This document shows positions 21,729 through 31,710 of a stretch of 64,000 bases of DNA, piece by piece. Every line of letters starts with the position of its first letter. The first letter of the stretch is position 1. Origin of the DNA: Fusobacteriota bacterium (GTDB lineage Bacteria > Fusobacteriota > Fusobacteriia > Fusobacteriales > JBNJFI01); the NCBI GenBank assembly GCA_051746725.1, contig JBNJFI010000003.1:1-64000 (forward strand), in the 5' to 3' direction. The position numbers and the translations under genes were made by a program. Below the pieces are notes generated by a model. It ran no database searches. It saw nothing but the letters and a program-made list of their open reading frames with translations, and was not told where the DNA came from.

Positions 21729-23912
21729 ATGGCAGTAATAAGAAAAGATGAATTAAATTCAATTTTAAATGCTAATACTAAAGATCCATTTCATTTTCTA
21801 GGATTAAGAAAAACTGAAAATGGAAAATCTATAATTAGAGTTTGTCACCCAGGTGCAAAAAAGGTGGAAATAATCTCAGATGAATTAGACGGATATAGAG
21901 AAATAACTAAAATTCATAAAGATGGTTTTTTTGAAGAGCAGTTAGATGAAGATATATCAAAATATACACTACGATATACAAACTTTTTTGGGGATACATG
22001 GGAATCAAAGGATCCTTATTCTTTTTTGCCAGTTTTAACTGATTATGATATTCATTTATTTAGTGAAGGTAACCACCACAGGATTTATGAGAAAATGGGA
22101 GCACACATTATTGAACATGAAGGTATAACAGGAGTACATTTTTCTATTTGGGCCCCTAATGCCCAGAGAGTAAGCGTAATAGGAGATTTTAACGCTTGGG
22201 ATGGTAGAGTTCATCAAATGAGAATGCTTGGTTCCTCTGGAATTTGGGAGATATTTATTCCAGGAATTAAAGAAGGAGATAAATATAGATTTGAAATAAA
22301 ATCTGTACAAGGAAATATCTTATTAAAATCTGATCCATATGCTTTTTATTCAGAGGTAAGGCCTGCGAATGCTTCTATTGTTTATGACATAAATGAAAAA
22401 CATGAATGGAATGATAAATTATGGATGAAAAATAGATCTCAAACTAATTGGTTGGAAGAACCTATCTCTACATATGAGGTACATTTAGGATCTTGGGCCA
22501 GAAAAGCAGGAAATGAATTTTTAACTTACAAAGAAATGGCAGATAAATTAGTTAAATATGTTTCAGATAATAATTATACTCATATTGAGTTAATGCCAGT
22601 TGCAGAACATCCTTTGGATGAATCTTGGGGATATCAGGTTACAGGTTTTTTCTCTGTAAATAGTCGATTTGGAAAACCTGAAGAATTAATGTATCTGATA
22701 GATGAATTTCATAAACATAATATTGGAGTTATAATGGATTGGGTACCAGGGCATTTTCCAAAGGATCCCCATGGATTGGGAAGATTAGATGGAAGTGGTG
22801 TTTACGAACATGTAGATCCTAAACAAGGAGAGCATCCTGATTGGGGAACATATATATTTAATTATGGCCGAAATGAAGTTACTAACTTTTTAATAACAAA
22901 TGCTCTATATTGGTTAGATAAGTTTCACATTGATGGACTGCGAGTAGATGCAGTTGCATCTATGTTATATCTTGATTATAGTAAAGAAGAAGGTCAATGG
23001 GTACCAAATAAACATGGAGGAAGAGAAAACTTAGAAGCAATAGAATTTTTACAATATTTTAATTCTATTTCTCATAAATATTATCCAGGAATTTTAACAA
23101 TTGCAGAAGAATCGACTTCTTTTAGTGGGGTTTCTCAGCCTACTTATTTAGGTGGATTAGGTTTTTCTATGAAATGGAATATGGGATGGATGAATGATTC
23201 TCTTGAATATATAAAGAAAGATCCGATATATAGAAAATATCATCAAGGTAGTTTAACTTTTTCACTTATATACGCATTTTCTGAAAATTTCAAATTAGTA
23301 ATATCGCATGATGAAGTAGTTCATGGAAAAGGTTCAATGTTAGATAAAATGCCAGGGGATAATTGGCAAAAATTTGCAAACTTAAGATTATTTTATTCAT
23401 ATATGTATGCACATCCAGGGAAAAAGTTGTTATTTATGGGTGGTGAATTTGGACAATGGAAAGAATGGACTTGTAAAAATAGTCTAGATTGGCATTTATT
23501 AGAATATGAACCACATCGAAAGCTTTTGGATTTTACTAGAGATCTAAATGGATTATATAAAAATGAAGAAGCTTTATATGAAGTTGATTTTGATGGAAAG
23601 GGATTTGAATGGATTGACTTTACAGATAGTGATAATAGCATAATATCTTTTATTAGAAAATCAAAAGATGAAAGTGAAATAATAGTATGTGTATTTAATT
23701 TTACTCCTATGACACATGAAAACTATCGAATAGGTGTAAATAAACCAGGTTTTTATGAAGAAATTTTTAATTCGGATTCGCAGAGGTATTGGGGAAGCAA
23801 TTTTGGAAATTATGGAGGATTGTGGAGTGAAGATCTTCCGTGGCAAGGAAAGCAACATTCATTAAAAATTAATATTCCTCCATTATCAGGAGTGTATTTT
23901 AAATTAAAATAA
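21729..23912 (+). CDS. glgB: 1,4-alpha-glucan branching enzyme
   Basis: WAPNA, YEVHLGSW, SWGYQ, DGLRVDAVASM, AEES, SHDEVVHGK. Confidence 0.96.
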   Translation: MAVIRKDELNSILNANTKDPFHFLGLRKTENGKSIIRVCHPGAKKVEIISDELDGYREITKIHKDGFFEEQLDEDISKYTLRYTNFFGDTWESKDPYSFLPVLTDYDIHLFSEGNHHRIYEKMGAHIIEHEGITGVHFSIWAPNAQRVSVIGDFNAWDGRVHQMRMLGSSGIWEIFIPGIKEGDKYRFEIKSVQGNILLKSDPYAFYSEVRPANASIVYDINEKHEWNDKLWMKNRSQTNWLEEPISTYEVHLGSWARKAGNEFLTYKEMADKLVKYVSDNNYTHIELMPVAEHPLDESWGYQVTGFFSVNSRFGKPEELMYLIDEFHKHNIGVIMDWVPGHFPKDPHGLGRLDGSGVYEHVDPKQGEHPDWGTYIFNYGRNEVTNFLITNALYWLDKFHIDGLRVDAVASMLYLDYSKEEGQWVPNKHGGRENLEAIEFLQYFNSISHKYYPGILTIAEESTSFSGVSQPTYLGGLGFSMKWNMGWMNDSLEYIKKDPIYRKYHQGSLTFSLIYAFSENFKLVISHDEVVHGKGSMLDKMPGDNWQKFANLRLFYSYMYAHPGKKLLFMGGEFGQWKEWTCKNSLDWHLLEYEPHRKLLDFTRDLNGLYKNEEALYEVDFDGKGFEWIDFTDSDNSIISFIRKSKDESEIIVCVFNFTPMTHENYRIGVNKPGFYEEIFNSDSQRYWGSNFGNYGGLWSEDLPWQGKQHSLKINIPPLSGVYFKLK

Positions 23913-23920
23913 TATAAGAG

Positions 23921-23947
23921 AGAGTCTGTATTAAGCAGGCTCTTTTC
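23921..23947 (+). terminator. Intrinsic terminator after glgB
   Basis: AGAGTCTGT-ATTAA-GCAGGCTCT followed by TTT. Confidence 0.65.
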
Positions 23948-23957
23948 ATATTTATGA

Positions 23958-23986
23958 TTGAATTCATGTTCTTTTTATGGTATACT
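23958..23986 (+). promoter_or_regulatory. sigma70 promoter (extended -10) heading the udk...glpX run
   Basis: TTGAAT, 17 bp, TATACT preceded by TGn. Confidence 0.6.
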
Positions 23987-24030
23987 ATAATATGATAATT
24001 ACAAAGTAAATTTTAGAAATAGGAGGAGAG

Positions 24031-24639
24031 ATGGAGACAATATTTGTAGGGGTAGCAGGTGGTACTGGCTCCGGGAAAACCACCGTCGCTCGTAATATAG
24101 TTAGAAACTTTAACCAAGAAGTTACCATAATAAAACAGGATTCTTATTATAAAGATTTATCAGATTTGCCATTTAATGAGAGAAAAGAAATGAATTTTGA
24201 TCATCCCGATGCAATTGATTTTAAATTATTGATTAATCATCTGAAAAAATTAAAAAAAAGTATAAAAATAAAAAAACCTAAGTACAATTTTAAAACTCAT
24301 TTACGAGAATTAGAAGGGGAAATGGTAGAACCTAAAAAGATTATTATAGTTGAGGGGATTTTAATTTTTGCTATTCCTGAATTAATGAAATTATTTGATA
24401 TGAAATTATTTGTAGATACAGATGAAGATATAAGGCTACTTAGACGAATTGGTCGTGATATAGATGAAAGAGATAGAACATTTGAAAGTATAAAAAAACA
24501 ATATTTAACAACTGTTAAGCCAATGTATCTTGAATTTGTAGAGCCAAGTAAAAGATATGCTGATATTATAATACCTCGTGGAGGAAAGAATAAAATAGCA
24601 ATAAAGATGGTTGTAGCCAAGTTAAAAAGTCTACTATAA
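24031..24639 (+). CDS. udk: Uridine kinase
   Basis: GGTGSGKTT, QDSYY, NFDHPDA, VEGIL, EPSKRYADII. Confidence 0.95.
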   Translation: METIFVGVAGGTGSGKTTVARNIVRNFNQEVTIIKQDSYYKDLSDLPFNERKEMNFDHPDAIDFKLLINHLKKLKKSIKIKKPKYNFKTHLRELEGEMVEPKKIIIVEGILIFAIPELMKLFDMKLFVDTDEDIRLLRRIGRDIDERDRTFESIKKQYLTTVKPMYLEFVEPSKRYADIIIPRGGKNKIAIKMVVAKLKSLL

Positions 24640-24669
24640 AAATCCATTATGATAGAAAGGTAATAAAGT

Positions 24670-25221
24670 ATGAAAAAAATTATGATATATATAGGAAAAT
24701 TTATTTTAACTTTAAAAGTGATATATGTTTTAATCCGGGGAAGATTTAATAAAAATAGTGATTATCAGGATAGTGATATTTCAAAAAAGTTTGTAAAAAA
24801 AAATAATAAACGAGTTTTAAAAAAACTTAAAAAAATGAAAATTTCAAGAGAAGACATAGTTATTTTATTACCCCATTGTATCCAAGATTATAACTGTAAT
24901 ATAAAAATAACTTCTAATATAGATAATTGTAAACAATGTGGAATTTGTGAGATTGGAGATATATTGGAAATTCAAAAAAGGTTCGGTATAGATGTAAAAG
25001 TTGCAACTGGTGGGACCCTTGCAAGAATCTATTTGAAAAAACGAAAACCTAAATTGGTTATTGCAGTTGCGTGTGAGCGTGACTTGGTAACTGGGATATA
25101 TGATGCCTATCCATTGTTGGTATATGGCATATTTAATCTAAGAATTAATGGACCATGTTATAATACTAAAATAGATTTCAGGGAAATTGAAAAGGTTTTA
25201 AAAAAGATAATAGGAGGTTAG
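24670..25221 (+). CDS. DUF116 domain protein
   Basis: LLPHCIQ, CKQCGIC, ATGGTLAR, AVACERDL. Confidence 0.85.
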   Translation: MKKIMIYIGKFILTLKVIYVLIRGRFNKNSDYQDSDISKKFVKKNNKRVLKKLKKMKISREDIVILLPHCIQDYNCNIKITSNIDNCKQCGICEIGDILEIQKRFGIDVKVATGGTLARIYLKKRKPKLVIAVACERDLVTGIYDAYPLLVYGIFNLRINGPCYNTKIDFREIEKVLKKIIGG

Positions 25222-25224
25222 AAA

Positions 25225-28059
25225 ATGAGTAAAAAAATTTTGACTATAATTAGTTTGGTTTTAATTATAAACTCCCATATTTTAGCAGGTGAAAGAGAAG
25301 ACATAAAATATATTAATCGCCTAAATAAAGAGGGGTATTCAGAAGAACTAGTTGTTGAAGGGGAAAAATTTTTAAAAAAATATCCAGATTCAGAAATTAG
25401 AAATTCTATAATAAATTTAGTAGCGTATAATCATTACAAATTAGGAAATTACAATAAGGCCTATGGAGGGTTTTCAAAACTTACAGATAGTGAGTTTAAA
25501 AATGAGGCACACTATTTTTTACTGCAAATATCTTTAAGAAAAGGTGAATTATATAATATTGATAAGCATCTTGCAAATATTGATTCAAAAAATATATTAA
25601 AAAATAATGCTCTATATTATGTTGGGAACTTTTTTTATAAAAGAAAAGATTATAATGAATCTAAAAAATATTTTAGAGAACTTTTAAAAGTAGAAGGAGA
25701 TTATACAAATTTAGCTTTTAAAAAATTAGGGTTAATTTACTATCAAAACAAAGAATATATAAAAGCTACAATTGTTTTAGAAGAATATATTAATAATACA
25801 GAAAATCATGACGATGAAGATCTTCCAGTTATATATTATGTATTAGGGAGATCTTATGAAAGGACTAAAGAATATGATTCTGCTATAAAAAACTATGATA
25901 AATTAAGTGAATTCCCAGAAAATCAATACAGTGACGTAGCTTTATATAGAAAAGCTGTAATATACAGTCAGACAAATGAACCTGATATGATAGCTAGTTT
26001 GGTTTTGAAACTAGAAGGCACAGAATATTTTGAGAAAACTTTGCTACTGTTGGCAAAAGAAGAATATAATAATGAAAACTACTCTAAGGCAGAAAAAACA
26101 TTTAGGAAAGTTTTAGAAAATGATATTGAAAATAAAGATAAAATTAAATATGAATTAATAATGTCTCTGTTAAAACAGAAAAAATACGATGCAGCCATGG
26201 TTGAATTAAAGGAGTTAAAAAATACAAAATATCATGGAGAATATGTTTATTACACAAGTTATATTTTAAATAGCCAAAATGAATATGCAGCTATTTTAGA
26301 ATTTGAAAAAAACTTAAATTTAGAAAATGTTAGTGATGAATATAAAAAGGATACTTATATATCTTTTGCCGAAGCTGCTTATAAAAATAAAGAATATAAT
26401 AAGGCATTAGAATATTTAAATAAACTAGAAGGACTAAAATATATTTATAGGAAAATAGATATATATATAAAACAGGAAAACACTTCTAAAGTTATCGAAA
26501 CCATGGATGAATATGCAAAAAAATATAAAGACGATAACACATATAAAAAAGAAATAGTCAATATGGTAGGAGAATTTTTGATAAGAGTTGAAAAATATTC
26601 ATTGGCAGAAAAATATTATAGAGATTACCTTGAAAAATATAAAGATGAAGATGTTGCCAATAATCTCGTATATGCATTATATGAGCAAGATAAATATAAT
26701 GAAATGATAACTTTTTTGAATAGCCAAAGAATTACTGAGGAAAATTTATATGTAAAGGGACTTGCATTTTTAGGACTTCAAGATTATGAAAATGCAGAGA
26801 TAGTTTTTCGAAACCTATTAAAAAGAGATGAGTTAAAAAAGAAACAAAGAGTATATGAAAAATTAATTACTGTATTATATAATCAAGAAAAATATAAAAA
26901 TCAAATAAAGATTACTGATGAATATATTGCTGAGGTAAATGATGCGGATATCGTATGGGCGTTAGACAAAAAAGGGCAAGCCTATTTTAAGCTAGAAGAA
27001 TACGATGATGCAATCTCAGTATATGAAAAATTGAAAAAATATGATTCTGTAAAAGATTATGCTTTTTTGAAATTAGCTCAAATCCAATATAACTTAGGAA
27101 ATGATGATAAAGCACTATCTAATTACAAACATATTTTAAATAATTTTCCAAGCTCAGAATATCATAAACAAAGTTTATATTGGATAATAACTATAAATTG
27201 GCAACTTAATAAGGATGATGAAGCAGTTGAATATATTAATTGGTTCCTCAAAAACTATGATACAGATGATGAATATTCAGGAGATATAATTTATTATTTA
27301 GGGAATATATACTTGAAGAAAGATAAACCAAAATTAGCTATTGCAGAATATGAGAAAGTCATAGATAAAGTTCAGGATGAAGGAACTAAAAATCGAGTGA
27401 GACGAGAACTACTAAAGTTGTATTATGACTTAGAAGAATTCGCAGAAGCTCTTAGTTTGATTGATAATTTTGAAGATGAAAATTTCCAAAATTATTGGAA
27501 AGCTCTAGTATATAAAAAACAAAATAAGATGGATTTAGCAATTGAAAATTTCAAATCTTTATTGAAAACTGAGGATTTTGGAGATAGAGCAAGTTATAAT
27601 CTAGGGATCATATATTTTGAAAAGCAAAATTATAGCTTAGCGAGAGAATATCTATCAAGTGTTTTAGATTATGATGTATCAAATTATAAAGATAGAGCAG
27701 CTTTGCATATAGGTCTAAGTTATGGAAGGGAAGGCAAATATCAAGAAGCTATAAATGTGCTACTTAAGATAAGACTAATATATGTAAACAGTGATCTTCA
27801 AGATATAGCATTAATAAAAATTGCAGAGAATTACGAAAAAATGGGGGAAATACAAAAAAGTATACAAAGCTATATTGAATTTTACAATGAATTCAAAGAT
27901 AGTCAATACTATGGTACCGTTTTAGAGCGATTAGTTCAACATTATTTAGAGGCTGAAAATATAAATGAAGCTCAAAAATACTACAATGATTTAATCGATG
28001 TGAAACCAGAAAAAGAAGAAATTTATGAAAATCATTTTGAAAACCAAGGAGGGAATTGA
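25225..28059 (+). CDS. Large exported tetratricopeptide repeat protein (944 aa)
   Basis: Signal peptide; many TPR-like repeats (Y.LG..YY...Y..A...F); FPxS motifs. Confidence 0.85.
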   Translation: MSKKILTIISLVLIINSHILAGEREDIKYINRLNKEGYSEELVVEGEKFLKKYPDSEIRNSIINLVAYNHYKLGNYNKAYGGFSKLTDSEFKNEAHYFLLQISLRKGELYNIDKHLANIDSKNILKNNALYYVGNFFYKRKDYNESKKYFRELLKVEGDYTNLAFKKLGLIYYQNKEYIKATIVLEEYINNTENHDDEDLPVIYYVLGRSYERTKEYDSAIKNYDKLSEFPENQYSDVALYRKAVIYSQTNEPDMIASLVLKLEGTEYFEKTLLLLAKEEYNNENYSKAEKTFRKVLENDIENKDKIKYELIMSLLKQKKYDAAMVELKELKNTKYHGEYVYYTSYILNSQNEYAAILEFEKNLNLENVSDEYKKDTYISFAEAAYKNKEYNKALEYLNKLEGLKYIYRKIDIYIKQENTSKVIETMDEYAKKYKDDNTYKKEIVNMVGEFLIRVEKYSLAEKYYRDYLEKYKDEDVANNLVYALYEQDKYNEMITFLNSQRITEENLYVKGLAFLGLQDYENAEIVFRNLLKRDELKKKQRVYEKLITVLYNQEKYKNQIKITDEYIAEVNDADIVWALDKKGQAYFKLEEYDDAISVYEKLKKYDSVKDYAFLKLAQIQYNLGNDDKALSNYKHILNNFPSSEYHKQSLYWIITINWQLNKDDEAVEYINWFLKNYDTDDEYSGDIIYYLGNIYLKKDKPKLAIAEYEKVIDKVQDEGTKNRVRRELLKLYYDLEEFAEALSLIDNFEDENFQNYWKALVYKKQNKMDLAIENFKSLLKTEDFGDRASYNLGIIYFEKQNYSLAREYLSSVLDYDVSNYKDRAALHIGLSYGREGKYQEAINVLLKIRLIYVNSDLQDIALIKIAENYEKMGEIQKSIQSYIEFYNEFKDSQYYGTVLERLVQHYLEAENINEAQKYYNDLIDVKPEKEEIYENHFENQGGN

Positions 28060-29753
28060 TGAGAAATAAGATGTTAAGAGTTCTATTTATTTTTATAATT
28101 TTAACAACCTCTTTATTAGGTCAAGATGAATATGATTTAGGGGAAAAAGAAGTTATAGGGGTAGATGAAAGAGAATATAAAGAAGAGATTGAATTATCTG
28201 AATACGATCCAGATTCAGAAGAGTTAATTTTAAATGAAGAGTTAAAAGTTGAAGAAGATTTGGAAAACGATGAATATGAAATTGCAACTGATAGTATTGA
28301 TATAGAAACAAATGACAGGGAATATAAATTAAATTACAATATTAATTTATATTCAAAACCTAAAAATGCAAACGTTATAGTTCAAGATCGTGAAAGTATG
28401 AAAGGTAACCATCTAACTTTTGCTTTAGGGGGATATGATAAAATAGATGCTTTTAAATATATTTTTGATTATACAAGAAGAGAATCCGATGATTTTACAT
28501 ACTTTTTACATATAGGAAGAGAAATTAAAGGAGAAGATCGACCAAACGATGATCAAAGTATAGATAATTATTATGGACAATTTTGGTATAAAAAATTAAA
28601 TACTTCGATATCTCATACTATTGATGATGAAAAATTACCAGGAATAGCAGGAGAAGATGTAGATAGTTCTTATAAAAAATCAAAGGACACAACGCTTCAG
28701 CTTAACTATAAAGCATTGGATCAAGATTTGGTTTTGAATTCTATGATACAAAATCTAACAGTAAATAGCAATGAGTCAAAACGACAATATGACAAGTATA
28801 CTTTTAATGGAGGCATAGAGTATAATGTTTCTCCATACGAAGTAGATATCTTAGATGGGATGGAAAACAGATTAACTTTAAATTTTGATTACCATATTGA
28901 TCGAATCGATACAACTCAAATAAGTTCTTTAAAATTAGTTTTGGATGATAAATTTAAAGTCAACAGATTCGAAAAATGGGATGCTAACCTTAAAGTTGGG
29001 TTAGAAATGCTAATCGATAATAAGAATGATCAAAATCATTTAGTTCAGATTGATTTAAACAGATCTATTAAGGATGATTTTAATTTTAACTTTGGAATAA
29101 AAAATGAAAGATTTTATAAAGACAGTAGTTATAAACTAGAAGCATTTACAATTGATAATGATATATTAACTGATAATTTATTAGATTTAGAGATGGAAGA
29201 AAATTTTGAAATTAAAGCAGGTATTGAGTATACCAAGAATGATTATTATGTAAACGGGAATTTAAGACATATAATTTCTAAAGATAAAATCATTTATTAC
29301 CAGGATGCTATTGATACAGATTCTGATGGAACAGATGAAGAAACAGTTATTAGAGTTGATAATGCAAATGGAAAAGAGGCTTATCAGGAACTAGAATTAG
29401 TTGGAGGGTATACATATAATCAATATAGAGGTAAATTTACTTATACATTTAATACTTTATCAGACTTACCTTTTTTGCCTCAAAATAAAGTAAAACTAAA
29501 TCTAATATACGAACAAGATAAGTTAAAAATGGATTTAGAAGGAGAATATGTTTCTGAAATGTACGGAAATAAAGGTGAAACTGAAAAGTTAAAAGGCTAT
29601 AAAGAACTCAATCTTTATAATTCCTATGCAGTAAATGATAGAATGACATTAAAATTAGACTTTTTTAATTTACTTAATGTAACAGAGGATATCAAAAAAG
29701 GTTATCCAAAACCATCTAGAAAAATTATGATGGAAATAAAAATCAAATATTAA
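28059..29753 (+). CDS. Outer-membrane beta-barrel, TonB-dependent-receptor-like
   Basis: Signal peptide, TonB-box-like YDLGEKEVIG, alternating beta-strands, FNLLN...GYP..R...IKIKY C-terminus; next to exbBD-tonB. Confidence 0.7.
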   Translation: MRNKMLRVLFIFIILTTSLLGQDEYDLGEKEVIGVDEREYKEEIELSEYDPDSEELILNEELKVEEDLENDEYEIATDSIDIETNDREYKLNYNINLYSKPKNANVIVQDRESMKGNHLTFALGGYDKIDAFKYIFDYTRRESDDFTYFLHIGREIKGEDRPNDDQSIDNYYGQFWYKKLNTSISHTIDDEKLPGIAGEDVDSSYKKSKDTTLQLNYKALDQDLVLNSMIQNLTVNSNESKRQYDKYTFNGGIEYNVSPYEVDILDGMENRLTLNFDYHIDRIDTTQISSLKLVLDDKFKVNRFEKWDANLKVGLEMLIDNKNDQNHLVQIDLNRSIKDDFNFNFGIKNERFYKDSSYKLEAFTIDNDILTDNLLDLEMEENFEIKAGIEYTKNDYYVNGNLRHIISKDKIIYYQDAIDTDSDGTDEETVIRVDNANGKEAYQELELVGGYTYNQYRGKFTYTFNTLSDLPFLPQNKVKLNLIYEQDKLKMDLEGEYVSEMYGNKGETEKLKGYKELNLYNSYAVNDRMTLKLDFFNLLNVTEDIKKGYPKPSRKIMMEIKIKY

Positions 29754-29767
29754 AGGGGAGTGAAAAT

Positions 29768-30370
29768 ATGTTAGAAATAATTTCAGCAGGTGGTTTTTTA
29801 GTTTATATAATAATACTTTTTTCAATTTTAGGTTTGGGTGTTGTAATCGAAAGAGTTATATACTTTTCTTGGGTAGAAACTGGGAATTACGATGGATTAA
29901 AAGAAGAGGTAAAAGATCTTATTGCAGTAAATGATTTTGAATCTGCAGAGATAGTTTGCCAAAATCATGATAGTTCTGTGTCAAAAATCATAGAAACTGT
30001 TATTTCAAATAGAAACAGGAAGAAGGAAGTTTTAGATGATAAGATAAAAGAGGTTGCATTGGATCAAATTCCTGTTTTAGAAAAATTTATGTGGATATTA
30101 TCAACAACGGCGCATGTTACTCCATTAATTGGGCTATTGGGAACAGTAACTGGTATGATAAAAGCTTTTAATGTTATTGCTATCCAGGGAGTGGGAAAAC
30201 CAGAAATGTTAGCCGAAGGAATTTCTCAAGCATTAATTACAACAGCGGCAGGTCTTACTGTTGCAATACCGGCTTTAGTTTGTTATAATTTTTTAAACAA
30301 AAAGATTGATTCTATTATAAATGAAATGGAGAAATCTTCTGTTGAGTTTCTTGATCTGTTGGGGCGGTGA
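29768..30370 (+). CDS. exbB: MotA/TolQ/ExbB proton channel protein
   Basis: PLIGLLGTVTGMI, GISQALITTAAGL. Confidence 0.9.
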   Translation: MLEIISAGGFLVYIIILFSILGLGVVIERVIYFSWVETGNYDGLKEEVKDLIAVNDFESAEIVCQNHDSSVSKIIETVISNRNRKKEVLDDKIKEVALDQIPVLEKFMWILSTTAHVTPLIGLLGTVTGMIKAFNVIAIQGVGKPEMLAEGISQALITTAAGLTVAIPALVCYNFLNKKIDSIINEMEKSSVEFLDLLGR

Positions 30371-30786
30371 ATATAGTGAAATTTAGAAAAATAAAAAGGA
30401 GAACCGGTGGAGATATATTTCTAGAGTTAACACCATTAATAGATGTTGTGTTTTTATTATTAATATTTTTCATGGTAAGCACAACTTTTGTAGATATTAA
30501 TACAGGAATCAATATTGTCCTGCCTCATTCAACTGTGAACGAAATATCGCAGTCCAGAGAAGTTATAATCACAGTTACAGAAAAGGAAAAGATATATGTT
30601 AATAAAGAACAAGTAGATATTAATGAATTACAATTCAAAATAGAGGAAGTCCTTATGGAAAATAAAAAGGACAATGTGATTATAAAGGCAGATAAAAATT
30701 TGTCTCATGGATTAATTGTTGATATAATGACTAAATCTAAAAATGCAGGAGCAACAGAAATTGATATAGCAACGCAAGAGAAGTAG
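30367..30786 (+). CDS. exbD: ExbD/TolR protein
   Basis: LTPLIDVVFLLLIFFM, IIKAD; GTG start overlapping the exbB stop. Confidence 0.9.
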   Translation: MNIVKFRKIKRRTGGDIFLELTPLIDVVFLLLIFFMVSTTFVDINTGINIVLPHSTVNEISQSREVIITVTEKEKIYVNKEQVDINELQFKIEEVLMENKKDNVIIKADKNLSHGLIVDIMTKSKNAGATEIDIATQEK

Positions 30787-30795
30787 GTGGGATTT

Positions 30796-31686
30796 ATGCT
30801 AGGAAAAGAAGATAAGATATATATATATGCAATAATAGTTTCTTTTATTGTGCATATTATATTGATAAATATATTACCTGGATTAAGGAGTTTAGAAATT
30901 GATTCAAAAGAAGAAGAAATTAAATCGGTTAAAACAAGATTTATAAAATTAAAAAAAAATAGTACCTCTGATTCAGAAGTAAAACGGGATACTCAAAAAA
31001 GTAAGATAGAAACAGAAGAATCTGGAGATAAATTGGAGCAAGAAGAATCTCAAGTAGTCTCTGGAGAAACAGAAGAAGTTGAATTTACAGATACAATGCC
31101 AGAAGTGGATCTTTCTGCACAAAATGTAATACGGAGAGAAAATACCAGAGATATTATATTAACTAAAGAGGATGATACTACTTTCAAAAAAGGTCAAGAA
31201 GAAGTTGATTTTAAAAATAGTGATTTAAAGTTTGATTCGAATAAGAATCTTGACGAAGAAGTAGAAAATATTGAAGATAAAATACCAGTAAAAATTGAAG
31301 AAGATTTTGAAAATGGAGAAATCGCAATCAATGTTGATGATATTGAAAATGTAGGATCAATTACAGATGTCGAAATGCCTGATGGAATAAAAAAAATTGA
31401 AGTAGAAGGAAAAGGTAGAATAACAAGCTTTGTTGGAAGGAACCCTGAATACCCAGATTTAGCTAGAAAAAGAGGATGGGAAGGGCAAGTGCATCTGGAA
31501 TTTATTGTTACCGAAAATTCTGAAGTTGAAAGAGTAAATATTAAGAAAAAAAGTGGTTATGATATTTTGGATATTGAGGCCAAAAAAGAGATTTCTAATT
31601 GGCAACTACAAATTGTAAACAACGGGATGCAAATTAGAGGAAAAGTTAATGTTATTATTGACTTTAGATTAGAATCAAAAAATTAA
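30796..31686 (+). CDS. tonB: Energy transducer TonB family protein
   Basis: N-terminal TM with S..VH; C-terminal PEYP..AR.RGWEG.V...SGY.ILD domain. Confidence 0.85.
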   Translation: MLGKEDKIYIYAIIVSFIVHIILINILPGLRSLEIDSKEEEIKSVKTRFIKLKKNSTSDSEVKRDTQKSKIETEESGDKLEQEESQVVSGETEEVEFTDTMPEVDLSAQNVIRRENTRDIILTKEDDTTFKKGQEEVDFKNSDLKFDSNKNLDEEVENIEDKIPVKIEEDFENGEIAINVDDIENVGSITDVEMPDGIKKIEVEGKGRITSFVGRNPEYPDLARKRGWEGQVHLEFIVTENSEVERVNIKKKSGYDILDIEAKKEISNWQLQIVNNGMQIRGKVNVIIDFRLESKN

Positions 31687-31710
31687 ATTTACCATACGAG
31701 AGGAGAAACA

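Noticed and set aside
29768..30786. Could be flagellar stator motA/motB
   Set aside because: The second protein has the ExbD/TolR motif and no OmpA-like peptidoglycan-binding domain, and tonB follows
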